From: an uncultured SAR116 cluster alpha proteobacterium | GTDB taxonomy: Bacteria; Pseudomonadota; Alphaproteobacteria; Puniceispirillales; GCA-002684695 | NCBI GenBank assembly: GCA_902539295.1 | Contig: CACBIM010000007.1 | Location: 31,837-95,836, forward strand | DNA length: 64,000 nucleotides | Reading direction: 5' to 3' | Part shown: positions 18,821-28,810 of the stretch, piece by piece | How positions within the stretch are numbered: position 1 is the stretch's first letter | Layout of the letters: the number at the start of each line of letters is the position of its first letter | Notes under the pieces: generated by a model | The model's database searches: none | Seen by the model: only the letters and a program-made list of their open reading frames with translations | Told to the model about the DNA's origin: nothing | Program-made: the position numbers and the translations under genes

Positions 18821-20058
18821 TGTCTCAATATAAATATATACCACCAAGTCCACCAATTTATTTTACTATTTTATGGTGTGCTATTTTTGGATCTATTATT
18901 GGATTTTTGACTGCTCGCGGAAATATGCAATTCGCTGTAATAACTACTTTATTAGGAGCGTTGTTATTTTCATTGCTTGCTAGTTTTTCTGTTACTGTTA
19001 TTAAAGAAAAAAATCTTTCCAGAATATTTTGCGGTGCCACTCTTGGGCTAGCTGGTTTTTTGTATATTGGACTATCATATGGTTTGGTTTTAGCAGTACT
19101 AGGTTTTGTTTTAGGCCAAATGTCACTTTGGCTATCATCTGGAAATTATAGATTGCCTCTTCCGCCTTATGCAACATCTAGAGAAGTTCTATGGTTTTAT
19201 ACTTTTAGAGGAATTTGTGCTTTAATATTTTTGTTTTTAATCATCCCTATAATTATTTTAATACCTTTAAGTTTTAATCAAGAACCATATTTTAGTTTTA
19301 CACCTGGAATGTTAGCGCTTGATAAGGAGGCTTTTTCATTTAGATGGTATAAGGATATTTTATTAAATGGAATGGCTGCGCCTGATGCGGTTCAGGGATG
19401 GTGGCAAGATGTTTGGCAGAATGCGCAATGGGTCCGTTCAATTAAAAATAGTTTTATAATTGGAATTGGCGCTACATTATTGGCAACATCTATTGGCACG
19501 CTTGCAGCAATAGGTCTAAGCAGATCTGAAATGCCCTACAGAAGACCTATTATGGCATTATTAATTTCACCAATGATAGTTCCTTTGGTTATCACAGCAT
19601 CAGGTTTATTTTACTTTTACAGTCAAATTGGAATAGCCAAGTCATATACGGGGTTAATTTTATCTCATGCCATATTGGGAACACCTTTTGTTATCATCAC
19701 AGTAACTGCGACTTTGGCAGGTTTTGATAATAATTTAACTAGAGCAGCAGCTAATTTAGGTGCGGGTCCTATTAGAACTTTTTTTAAAGTCCAAATGCCC
19801 TTGATATTGCCGGGTGTAATTTCTGGTGGTCTTTTTGCTTTTATAACATCATTTGATGAGGTTGTGGTTGTTCTTCAGCTGGCAGATGTAAGGCAAAGAA
19901 CAATTCCAAGGCAAATGTTTTCTGGCATTCGTGAACAAATAAGCCCAACAATTTTAGCTGTTGCAACTATACTTGTGATTTTGTCTATTGCAATTTTAAC
20001 TACTGTTGAGCTTCTTAGAAGAAGATCCGAAAGATTAAGAGGTGTGTCACCTAGTTAG
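18820..20058 (+). CDS. ABC transporter permease (PotC-like) with about 120-aa N-terminal membrane extension
   Basis: Permease core with LTRAAANLGAGPIRTFFKVQMPL. ATG overlaps the upstream TGA (TGATG). Confidence 0.85.
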   Translation: MSQYKYIPPSPPIYFTILWCAIFGSIIGFLTARGNMQFAVITTLLGALLFSLLASFSVTVIKEKNLSRIFCGATLGLAGFLYIGLSYGLVLAVLGFVLGQMSLWLSSGNYRLPLPPYATSREVLWFYTFRGICALIFLFLIIPIIILIPLSFNQEPYFSFTPGMLALDKEAFSFRWYKDILLNGMAAPDAVQGWWQDVWQNAQWVRSIKNSFIIGIGATLLATSIGTLAAIGLSRSEMPYRRPIMALLISPMIVPLVITASGLFYFYSQIGIAKSYTGLILSHAILGTPFVIITVTATLAGFDNNLTRAAANLGAGPIRTFFKVQMPLILPGVISGGLFAFITSFDEVVVVLQLADVRQRTIPRQMFSGIREQISPTILAVATILVILSIAILTTVELLRRRSERLRGVSPS

Positions 20059-20146
20059 ATTAGAAAAACATGGAAAATATTAATTTATTTTATATAGTAC
20101 TAAATTAGTACTTTATTAATTTTATAATTTTATTTATGGTATTAGT

Positions 20147-20893
20147 ATGTCTCAGGATAAAATAAAAAATCTTGTTTTAACAGGAGCAAGTAGAGGAATT
20201 GGCCATGCTACTGTTAAAAGGTTTTCAAGTGCTGGCTGGAGAGTTATTACTTGTTCAAGAGAAAAGGTTCCAGAAAAATGTCCTTGGTCTGAAGGTCTGC
20301 ATGATCACGTACAAATCGATTTAGAGTCTGTCGAAAATATTGTCGAAGGTTCAAAAAAAATTGTTGAAAAATTAAATGGAGACCCCTTGCATGCACTCGT
20401 CAATAATGCTGGAATTTCTCCTAAAGGAAATAAGAATAGAAGACTAGATACTATAAACACTCCACTAGAATGCTGGCAGCAAGTTTTTCAAGTCAACTTT
20501 TTTGCACCAATTTTATTAGCAAAAAATTTAAAATCTAGTTTACAAAAAGAGGCAGGAAGTATTGTAAACGTTACTTCAATAGCTGGAAGTAGAGTTCATG
20601 AATTTGCAGGTTCAGCTTATGCAACATCAAAAGCCGCTCTAAGTGCTCTTACGAGGGAGATGGCAGCTGATTTTGGACCATCAGGCATTAGAGTGAATGC
20701 AATTGCACCTGGCGAAATCAAAACAGATATAATAACACCTGAAAGCGAAGAGCTTATTGTTCCTAAAATTCCTCTTGGTAGGTTTGGAACACCAGAAGAA
20801 GTTGCACAAACTATTTACTTTTTATGCAGTGATATGTCACACTATTTAAATGGATCGGAAATTCATATAAATGGTGGACAGCATGTACGATAA
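20147..20893 (+). CDS. SDR family oxidoreductase
   Basis: LTGASRGIGHAT, NNAG and YATSKAALSAL. Confidence 0.88.
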   Translation: MSQDKIKNLVLTGASRGIGHATVKRFSSAGWRVITCSREKVPEKCPWSEGLHDHVQIDLESVENIVEGSKKIVEKLNGDPLHALVNNAGISPKGNKNRRLDTINTPLECWQQVFQVNFFAPILLAKNLKSSLQKEAGSIVNVTSIAGSRVHEFAGSAYATSKAALSALTREMAADFGPSGIRVNAIAPGEIKTDIITPESEELIVPKIPLGRFGTPEEVAQTIYFLCSDMSHYLNGSEIHINGGQHVR

Positions 20894-22271
20894 CGAAAAA
20901 TTTTTAGGTAATTCAGATTACAGCAAGGATATTGAATTTCACTTGCATTCTTATACCCATCCTCAAACTTTAGAGGATGAAGGCCCTCATATCCTGTCCA
21001 AAGGTGATGGAATTTATGTATATGATGAAACTGGAAAAAAATTTATAGAAGGTATGAGTGGCTTATGGTGTACTTCTTTAGGATTTTCAGAAAAGGAATT
21101 AGTAGATACTATTTCAGAACAATTAAAAAAACTACCATACTATCATAGTTTCGCAGGCAAGACAGCCAATCCAGCTATAAATTTGGCAGAGCACCTAATT
21201 AAAATTTCTCCTGTTCCAATGAGTAAAGTTTACTTTGCAAACTCTGGCTCTGAAGCAAATGATTCTGCGATAAAAATGGTATGGTATTATAATTTAGCAA
21301 GAGGTCTCCCAGAAAAAAGAAAAATTATTAGTAGAAAAAAGGGTTACCATGGCGTTACTTTGGCAGCTGCTAGTTTGACAGGGCTACCATATGCACAGAA
21401 TGGATTTTCTCTTCCATTAGAATTTGTTAGGCATACTATGACACCAGACTATTTTAATGAGGCTAATAAAAATGAAAGTGAAGAACAGTTTTCAGATAGA
21501 CTTGCTAGTGAATTAGAAAATTTAATTCTTAAAGAGGGTCCTGAAACTGTTGCAGCTTTTTTCGCTGAGCCTGTTATGGGAGCAGGTGGAGTCATTATTC
21601 CACCTAAATCATACTTTCCAAAAGTCCAAAAAGTTCTTGAAAAGTATGATATTTTACTTGTTGCAGATGAAGTAATTTGTGGTTTTGGTAGAACTGGAAA
21701 TATGTGGGGTTCAGAAACTTTTAACATAAGACCTGACATTGTAACTGCTGCCAAAGCATTATCATCTGCTTATTTGCCAATTTCTGCAGTCATTATTTCT
21801 GAAAAAGTATATGGACCAATTAAAGATCAAGCTAATGAATTAGGAATTTTTGGTCATGGTTATACCTATTCAGCACATCCTGTTTGTGCTGCAGTCGCGA
21901 TGAAGGCACAACAAATTATGATAGACAGGAATATTATTGAAAACGTAAAACAGCTCTCAAAATTATTTAATGAAAGAATTCAAAACATAAAAAATAATTC
22001 TTGGTTTTTAAGTCACTCTCGTTCAGTTGGTCTTATTGGAGCAGTAGAATTTGGTTATGAAGGCAATAAGAAATTCGAAATCAAAAATAAAATAGCTGCA
22101 AAATGTGTAAAAATTATTCAAGAGAATGGTGTTATTTTAAGGGCTTTGCCTGGGGATATTATTGGGTTTTGTCCTCCACTTATTATTAAAGAAAAGCAAA
22201 TTAATGAAATGTTTGATAAGATTGATATTGCTTTTAAAAACTTTGATGAAATGGCATTTAATTTAAAATAG
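20871..22271 (+). CDS. class-III (omega) aminotransferase, amine:pyruvate type
   Basis: DEVICGFGRTG and PLP-Lys context (VTAAKALSS), with SpuC/omega-TA-like length. The start may instead be the ATG at 20883. Confidence 0.88.
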   Translation: MVDSMYDNEKFLGNSDYSKDIEFHLHSYTHPQTLEDEGPHILSKGDGIYVYDETGKKFIEGMSGLWCTSLGFSEKELVDTISEQLKKLPYYHSFAGKTANPAINLAEHLIKISPVPMSKVYFANSGSEANDSAIKMVWYYNLARGLPEKRKIISRKKGYHGVTLAAASLTGLPYAQNGFSLPLEFVRHTMTPDYFNEANKNESEEQFSDRLASELENLILKEGPETVAAFFAEPVMGAGGVIIPPKSYFPKVQKVLEKYDILLVADEVICGFGRTGNMWGSETFNIRPDIVTAAKALSSAYLPISAVIISEKVYGPIKDQANELGIFGHGYTYSAHPVCAAVAMKAQQIMIDRNIIENVKQLSKLFNERIQNIKNNSWFLSHSRSVGLIGAVEFGYEGNKKFEIKNKIAAKCVKIIQENGVILRALPGDIIGFCPPLIIKEKQINEMFDKIDIAFKNFDEMAFNLK

Positions 22272-22272
22272 T

Positions 22273-23418
22273 TTATAAACAATTTTTTAATAACTCTAAG
22301 GTATTTTTGGTGGTTAATTTTATAGGGTTTCCTGATGCAGTAGGGTCTACTACAGCCATTTCAGAAATAAGCTGAAGTTGATTTTCTTTAACTCCTAAAT
22401 CAGAAAGTCTTTTTGGTATTCCTAAATTTTTGCATAATTCATGTATGAAATTTGTAAAGCCATTAAAGCCACCTGAAATGCTTAAAAAATTACAAATTTG
22501 GTCAACTTTTTCAACTATTATTTCTTTATTAAACTTAACTACATTTTCCATTACAACAGCATTTGTTGTGCCGTGGTGAGTATTATAAATTGCACCTATT
22601 GGGTGTGAGAGAGAATGAATGGCGCCTAAACCTTTTTGAAAAGCAGTTGCTCCCATTAGAGCAGCACTTAACATATTAGTTCTCGCTATTAAGTTTTCCC
22701 CATCATTATATGCAATTATTAGGTTCTCTTTAATAAGTTTCATTCCCATTAAGGCTATACCATCAGACATTGGGTGATAACCTGGTGAACAAAATGCCTC
22801 AAGGCAATGGGCAAAGGCGTCCATTCCAGTTCCAGCAGTGAGAAACTTAGGCAAATTGAAAGTCAAATCTGGGTCACAGATAACACTTTTCGGTAGAATT
22901 TCAGGATGAAAAATAACTTTTTTGACTTTGTTTTTTTTATCAGTTAATACGCTGGCTCTGCCAACTTCTGATCCTGTGCCTGCAGTGGTTGGAATGGCGA
23001 TTATTGGTAAAATTCCATTTGTATTTGCTTTTTTCCAGTTATCACCTAAGTCTTCAAAATCCCATACTGGAAGTTTTTGTTGCGCCATAAATGCAATTAA
23101 TTTTCCTAAGTCAATTGCTGATCCACCGCCAAAGGCTATTACGCCATCAAAATTACCATTTTTTAAAAAATCTATACCATCAGCAAGGTTTATGTCGTTG
23201 GGATTGCTGTCTACATTACTATAGATTGAAAATGTAAGATTATTTTTTATGAGTTCATTTTTTAATTTTTGAACTATTCCACTACTAATGAGAGTTTTAT
23301 CTGTTACGATTAAGGGCTGATTAATTTTTAAATCTTTACAACAATTTCCAATTTCGGCCAAAGCTCCCGAGCCGATTTTCACATGAGTTGGAAAATTCCA
23401 ATTTGCATATAATTGCAT
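22273..23418 (-). CDS. iron-containing (group III) alcohol dehydrogenase
   Basis: GGGSAIDLGK and metal-His motifs (AFAHCLEA, AIHSLSHPIG). Its stop lies 1 nt from the convergent aminotransferase stop. Confidence 0.88.
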   Translation of the reverse strand: MQLYANWNFPTHVKIGSGALAEIGNCCKDLKINQPLIVTDKTLISSGIVQKLKNELIKNNLTFSIYSNVDSNPNDINLADGIDFLKNGNFDGVIAFGGGSAIDLGKLIAFMAQQKLPVWDFEDLGDNWKKANTNGILPIIAIPTTAGTGSEVGRASVLTDKKNKVKKVIFHPEILPKSVICDPDLTFNLPKFLTAGTGMDAFAHCLEAFCSPGYHPMSDGIALMGMKLIKENLIIAYNDGENLIARTNMLSAALMGATAFQKGLGAIHSLSHPIGAIYNTHHGTTNAVVMENVVKFNKEIIVEKVDQICNFLSISGGFNGFTNFIHELCKNLGIPKRLSDLGVKENQLQLISEMAVVDPTASGNPIKLTTKNTLELLKNCL

Positions 23419-23525
23419 CTCAATTCCTTAGAATAATTTGTATAACTAGTATTTTATAATTATTTTATATTTTTATAATTAATTTATAATATAATAACTA
23501 GGACTAATCCTAATTATTAAAAAGT

Positions 23526-23993
23526 ATGAAAGAAAAAAACAATCAAATCATCTGGGAGCCTCAAGAACTTATATATGATGTAGGTGACGCATCAAATGAG
23601 GCTTTTTTAGTAATTCAAGGTTTTGTTTATTTGTATACTCAAAATGGATTACTTTTAGGTAGGGTAGGTGAAGGTGAGGTTTTTGGAGAATCCTCATGTA
23701 TTCTTCAAACAAATAGATCTGTTAAAGCAATAGCAGGAGAGCATCAAGTTTTAGCTACTAAAATACCTCATTTTTCTTTAAAGCGAATGGTCAAGGGTGA
23801 TAAAGCTCTTTCAGCAATTTTAAGGAAAACTCAATTAAGACTTATTGATAGCAACAAGCAGAGTCAAGATTTAGCTAGTGACCTAGATACGATCCTTAAA
23901 AAATTAGAGAGTAAATCTTTGAATATGAGCACAATTCAAGACCACTTGAAACTTATAAGAAAAAAATTAGCTTCTATGCATATTATTGACTGA
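23526..23993 (+). CDS. cyclic-nucleotide-binding domain protein (no DNA-binding domain evident)
   Basis: cNMP-binding pattern FLVIQG..GEGEVFGESS..RSVKAIA, followed by a helical tail. 155 aa. Confidence 0.7.
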   Translation: MKEKNNQIIWEPQELIYDVGDASNEAFLVIQGFVYLYTQNGLLLGRVGEGEVFGESSCILQTNRSVKAIAGEHQVLATKIPHFSLKRMVKGDKALSAILRKTQLRLIDSNKQSQDLASDLDTILKKLESKSLNMSTIQDHLKLIRKKLASMHIID

Positions 23994-24004
23994 AATAATT
24001 TTAA

Positions 24005-25654
24005 ATGAAAAAATCTGGTGCCAATATCTTAGTGGAATGTCTCGCCAATCAAGGCACAAGAAAAGTATTTGGAGTTCCAGGAGAAAGCTACCTCTCTGTC
24101 ATTGATTCTTTAATTGACTATTCAAGTCAAATCCAATGGATTGGCGCTAGGCAAGAGGGTGGGGCATCATTTATGGCAGCAGCTTATGCCCAGTTAACTG
24201 GTAAAACAGGTATTTGTTTTGTTACAAGGGCTCCAGGAGCTACAAATGCTTCTATTGGAATTCATACTGCATTTCAAGGTTCTATTCCTTTGATTCTATT
24301 TATAGGGCAAGTTTCATCAAATGTAAGCGGAAGAGAGGCATTTCAAGAATTAGATTATAAAGAAATGTATTCTGGTATGGCCAAATGGGTTTATGAAATT
24401 CAGGATGTTGATAGAATACCAGAAATTTTGTCAAGGGCATTTAATATTGCAAATAATGGAAGACCAGGTCCAGTAGTAATATCACTTCCAGAAGATATTC
24501 TCTCTTTATTAAGTGATGCAAATTCATCGCCAAAGGTGAATATTATTGAACCTTCTGTATCTGAAGAAGTTGTTTTAAATGTTAAAGAAAAATTATTAAA
24601 ATCAAAAAAACCAGTTTTTATTGTGGGGGGTACTCGTTGGAATAAAGAGGGAATAAAACAATTAAATTCTTTTATTGAAAATAATAATTTGCCAGTCATT
24701 TCTTCATTTAGGCGCCAAGATATTTTTGATAATTATTCCAGCTCATTCACTGGTGTTTGTAGTTTTATTAATACTCCAAAACTCAATGAAGCTCTTAATC
24801 AAGCAGACCTTATATTTGCTTTCAATACACTTCTTGGTGATATAACTACCTCAAATTACAACTTATGGATAAATCAAATTGAAAACAGGGTCATTATTCA
24901 AAGTCATGTAAGTTTATTAGAAATTGGAAAAGTATATCAAGTTGATTTAGCAATTAACTCAGGGCCTAATTATTTGGCTTTAAAACTAAATAATCTGGGC
25001 AAAATTGGTGATTGGTCATCACATACAAGGTTATTGAGATCACATTATATAAATGGATTAGCTGTAAAGGATCAGCCTGGTCAAGTTGATATGGGAAAGA
25101 TAATTAACTACCTTCAAGATAAACTCCCAGAGGACGTAATCTTGACAAATGGGGCTGGCAATTTTTCAACTTGGAGCAATCTTCTATTTAAGTTTGGTAA
25201 AAATGCTAGATTGTTAGCGCCTACAAGCGGCGCTATGGGTTTTGGGCTACCTGCAGCGATTTCAGCAAAAATTACTAATCCTAATAAAACAGTCATTTGC
25301 TTTGCAGGTGACGGTGACTTTCAGATGAATATGGCTGAGCTAGGAACAGCACTGCAGTATAAAGCATTTCCAATAATCTTGTTATTAAATAATTCAAGTT
25401 ACGGAACAATAAGAATGCATCAGGAAAAAAGCTATCCAGATAGAGTGTATGGAACAGATATTGAGAATCCAGACTACAACATGATTGCGAAAGCTTATGG
25501 TATCCCATCATATAAAGTAATTAAAACTGAAGAGTTTCAGCAATATTTTGATAAAGCAATCAAATCGGAAAAAGGGGCACTAATAGAAATTATTTTAGAT
25601 ATTCAAAGCATCTCGCCATACAAAACCCTCAATGAAATAAAAAAGAAAACTTGA
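24005..25654 (+). CDS. thiamine-diphosphate-dependent enzyme (acetolactate-synthase-like)
   Basis: N-terminal GVPGESYL and ThDP motif GDGDFQMN..NNSSYG. 549 aa. Confidence 0.85.
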   Translation: MKKSGANILVECLANQGTRKVFGVPGESYLSVIDSLIDYSSQIQWIGARQEGGASFMAAAYAQLTGKTGICFVTRAPGATNASIGIHTAFQGSIPLILFIGQVSSNVSGREAFQELDYKEMYSGMAKWVYEIQDVDRIPEILSRAFNIANNGRPGPVVISLPEDILSLLSDANSSPKVNIIEPSVSEEVVLNVKEKLLKSKKPVFIVGGTRWNKEGIKQLNSFIENNNLPVISSFRRQDIFDNYSSSFTGVCSFINTPKLNEALNQADLIFAFNTLLGDITTSNYNLWINQIENRVIIQSHVSLLEIGKVYQVDLAINSGPNYLALKLNNLGKIGDWSSHTRLLRSHYINGLAVKDQPGQVDMGKIINYLQDKLPEDVILTNGAGNFSTWSNLLFKFGKNARLLAPTSGAMGFGLPAAISAKITNPNKTVICFAGDGDFQMNMAELGTALQYKAFPIILLLNNSSYGTIRMHQEKSYPDRVYGTDIENPDYNMIAKAYGIPSYKVIKTEEFQQYFDKAIKSEKGALIEIILDIQSISPYKTLNEIKKKT

Positions 25655-25686
25655 TATAGTGTATTATTTACACTAATAATTAGCAA

Positions 25687-26319
25687 ATGCTTATTTCAGA
25701 TACATTTAGTATTAAAATTAATATTCTTATTGTAAGAATTATAAATAATAAACTAAATGCTCTTTTTTGGAAAAAAAAAGAAAATGATAGCTGGGAACTT
25801 CCTAGTCAAACTATGTCATACAATCAAAACTTTAAATTTGTATGCAAGAGTATTCTCAGTGAAATAGTGAATAATAAAAGCCTGCAAGAATTTAATTTCA
25901 GATCAGCTGGTTATTTCATCAACGAAAAAACTGTAGAGTTTAATTATTTATGTCTTAGTAAGAAATTTAAATACAGCTTTATATACAATGATAAATTAAA
26001 AGATATAACTTGGGTAAATAGTGAAAAAGTTGCTAAATTTAACTTGTTAGCTGATACTTTAAATAAAAACTTTGAATTTATAAGATTTTTTATTTTAAAC
26101 AACCCAGAACATATCTTTTATTTAATAAAAAATGAATTTACTCTAACCGAACTTCAAGATGCGTTTTTAAGTTTGGATTTAGAAAATAAACAATTTACTG
26201 AAAAAAGAAATTTTAGAAAATGGTTATTTCAGAAAAGTAAATTAAAAAACTTTATTGAAGAAACTGATAAAATAAGAAAAGGACAACATCGCCCTGCAAA
26301 AATTTTTAGATCAGTTTAA
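25687..26319 (+). CDS. NrtR-like protein: degenerate Nudix-like N-domain plus C-terminal winged-helix
   Basis: The C-terminal FTLTELQDAF..EKRNFRKWL..IEETDKIRKGQHRPAKIFR matches the pattern I recall for NrtR-type wHTH domains. No intact Nudix box is seen. Confidence 0.5.
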   Translation: MLISDTFSIKINILIVRIINNKLNALFWKKKENDSWELPSQTMSYNQNFKFVCKSILSEIVNNKSLQEFNFRSAGYFINEKTVEFNYLCLSKKFKYSFIYNDKLKDITWVNSEKVAKFNLLADTLNKNFEFIRFFILNNPEHIFYLIKNEFTLTELQDAFLSLDLENKQFTEKRNFRKWLFQKSKLKNFIEETDKIRKGQHRPAKIFRSV

Positions 26320-26461
26320 TTAATCTAACGAATCAAAAAAATAATTTTAATTAATAAAATTATCTAAAATTAAAAATACCAATAAAAATAGATAGTTAGT
26401 TATTTGTTATTTTATTAATTGCTTCAAAAATATATTCATACTAGTTAAGGATTTACATGAC

Positions 26462-27169
26462 ATGAATAAACTTTCAATAAACAATTATCTCAATGAGATT
26501 AAAAAAATTAAAAATAAAATTGGAAACGAAGAACGTATTCTGAAATTAGATAATCCATTAAAAAAATCTATTCCTATTTCAAAATCTGAGGTAATGATTT
26601 TTACTTTGTCTTCTTTTTTAGCAATTTTTTCATTGGGTATTGTTTTATTTGAATTTATTCTTACTGATAATAAAAAAAACAATTTTGATTATAAAAATAC
26701 TCATTTATATGAGAAAGGCGTTAAAGAGAGCTTTAAGGTTAGTTCAATTAAAAACAATTCTAAATTTAAGAGTTACTATGAAAACCTTAATACATCAAAG
26801 CAAATAATGTTTAATTTCGATTATAAGAATTACGTATTTAAAAAATACGACAATCAAATAACAAATCTAATCGCTGAAAAGAGTGCATTAGAAAAAATTA
26901 TTGTAAAACTTGAAAATCAAAAAAAAGAAATTTTAATAGAAAAAGAAATCCTTGATTACAAAAACATTCTTATTAGTCAGCAATCAGAGCAGAAAATTTT
27001 TATATTAGAGGAAAATCTCGCAGCACTAAATTCAAAAACCGAGATCCAAAATCAAAAATTATCTACAGCTATTGACATGATCGAAAACTTACAGCTAGAG
27101 AGGATTAATCTTTTATCTAAATTAAATTTCTCAAATTCAAATGATGAACAATTAGCACTTCAAAATTAA
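26462..27169 (+). CDS. hypothetical single-pass membrane coiled-coil protein
   Basis: One TM helix (MIFTLSSFLAIFSLGIVLFEFIL) and a long heptad-like C-terminal half. Confidence 0.5.
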   Translation: MNKLSINNYLNEIKKIKNKIGNEERILKLDNPLKKSIPISKSEVMIFTLSSFLAIFSLGIVLFEFILTDNKKNNFDYKNTHLYEKGVKESFKVSSIKNNSKFKSYYENLNTSKQIMFNFDYKNYVFKKYDNQITNLIAEKSALEKIIVKLENQKKEILIEKEILDYKNILISQQSEQKIFILEENLAALNSKTEIQNQKLSTAIDMIENLQLERINLLSKLNFSNSNDEQLALQN

Positions 27170-27176
27170 ATTAAAA

Positions 27177-28100
27177 CTACTCTCTTATTATCTTATTAGA
27201 ATTTATATTTTGCTCATGCTCTCTTAAAAAGACATAAATTCCACACATGATTATAATTGATACACCAATAACAGTAAAAATGTCTGGGATATCATTGAAA
27301 ACAAAATAACCTAGCACAGTAGCAGATACAATTTCCAAATAAAGAATTGGAGCAATTGTAGATGCTGGGCTGAACTTTAGTCCATAAACTACAAATAAAT
27401 GTGATATTGTTGCAGTAATTCCAACAGCCATAAGTAGAAATAATGAATTAAGTGATGGGACTACTAATGACAACTCATTAAATGAAGTATTTTCAAAAAT
27501 TAACAACAGTGGAAATATTATAATAACAGCACAAGAACCTGTAAATGCTTGTAAAGAAACCGGGTGAACATTTTTAGTCATATATTTTGTTATAATCATA
27601 TAAAAAGAGTAAGTTACTGCTGTTCCTAAAGGAAATAAAGCCACTACGCCAAATAAAGCTAAGCTAGGTTTCAATATCATCAAAGAAGCAGAAAATCCTA
27701 TTATACATGCTAAGACTCTTCTCCAACCTATTCTTTCACCTAAAATAAAATAACTTAAGAATGTCATAATGAAGGGATTAACTAAAAATATTGCTATAGC
27801 GTCGGCCATAGGCATATATTTTATAGCTCCAAAAAAAAGGGAGGTTGCGGTTAAGATTAAAAATGCTCGGGCAAAATGAAGAAAAATTTCACTTTTGCGA
27901 GGCAAGTATAAAATCTTTAAATATAAGGCTATTGGGATAATTATCATTGACTGGATAAAAAACCTTGAAAATGAAATCTGGCCAATTGGTATCTCATTTG
28001 CTGCTAGTTTTGCAAATGTATCCATTACTGGTCCCATAATCGTGAAACCAATAACTAATATTATTCCAAAGGTTGTTTGATTGTCTTCATTATTACGCAT
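27177..28100 (-). CDS. DMT-superfamily (EamA-like) transporter
   Basis: About 10 TM segments and a two-fold EamA-like organisation. 307 aa. Confidence 0.8.
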   Translation of the reverse strand: MRNNEDNQTTFGIILVIGFTIMGPVMDTFAKLAANEIPIGQISFSRFFIQSMIIIPIALYLKILYLPRKSEIFLHFARAFLILTATSLFFGAIKYMPMADAIAIFLVNPFIMTFLSYFILGERIGWRRVLACIIGFSASLMILKPSLALFGVVALFPLGTAVTYSFYMIITKYMTKNVHPVSLQAFTGSCAVIIIFPLLLIFENTSFNELSLVVPSLNSLFLLMAVGITATISHLFVVYGLKFSPASTIAPILYLEIVSATVLGYFVFNDIPDIFTVIGVSIIIMCGIYVFLREHEQNINSNKIIRE

Positions 28101-28116
28101 TAATTATAAATTGTTA

Positions 28117-28749
28117 CTAAAGTTCTATATTTTGCCTTAATCCAATAGACAATCTTCCATCAGTAATATCACTAACAAAATGTATTGGTCTAACAAAATC
28201 ATCATTTATCATTTTGTATCCTGTTGCAGGCAAAATAACAATATTACCTGGAGTGTCATCAACAACTTGCGAATTTCTTCTATTTCTATCTTGGCACAGA
28301 TAAAATTTTGATTTTCCTGAAAGAGTAACAATTACGATTACAGATATATATTTTTTATGGTCCTTATGAGGAGAAATGCCAGATGAATAGGGTAAATATT
28401 TTTGAACTGCTATATCATTAAACTGCACTTTATGAATTGGTGGGTCTTTGATTAGCTTGATACTTTTAATAAATAAATTTTCAATAGCATTTGATAAAAT
28501 TTCTATACAGCCTATTTTTGGAGCTGGAAAACATACCTCAAAATCTTGTGATACTGAGTTGCCAACAACTGGCTTTGCTTTTCTATATTCGAAAGTTAAA
28601 ACTTGTTTTATTAATTTTAAAAGGAAGTCATTTGAAATAAATTTAAGTGAAATATAATTTTTTTTATTTTCACTCATTTTAATTAGACCTTGAGCAAGCC
28701 TATTTATAGTTTCCTCATAAATTTTAAATTCTTGATATTGAAGCATCAT
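28117..28749 (-). CDS. AlkB-like 2OG/Fe(II) dioxygenase superfamily protein
   Basis: NDIAVQKYLP..GISPHKD (HxD), VIVIVTLSG, GNIVILP, PIHFV (distal His) and RLSIGLRQ parallel the AlkB core motifs. Confidence 0.6.
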   Translation of the reverse strand: MMLQYQEFKIYEETINRLAQGLIKMSENKKNYISLKFISNDFLLKLIKQVLTFEYRKAKPVVGNSVSQDFEVCFPAPKIGCIEILSNAIENLFIKSIKLIKDPPIHKVQFNDIAVQKYLPYSSGISPHKDHKKYISVIVIVTLSGKSKFYLCQDRNRRNSQVVDDTPGNIVILPATGYKMINDDFVRPIHFVSDITDGRLSIGLRQNIEL

Positions 28750-28810
28750 TAAATTTTAAAATATTAATTGTTTATTAGTAAGAATTAAAACAATTAACTG
28801 TTAATAATTT

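Noticed and set aside
28764-28797. Inverted repeat TTAATTGTTT-N14-AAACAATTAA between the recombinase-like gene and the AlkB-like gene, considered as a crossover (hix/res-like) site.
   Set aside because: It is almost pure A/T, so it is expected by chance in this composition. I noticed no second copy elsewhere. It may simply be a weak intercistronic hairpin.
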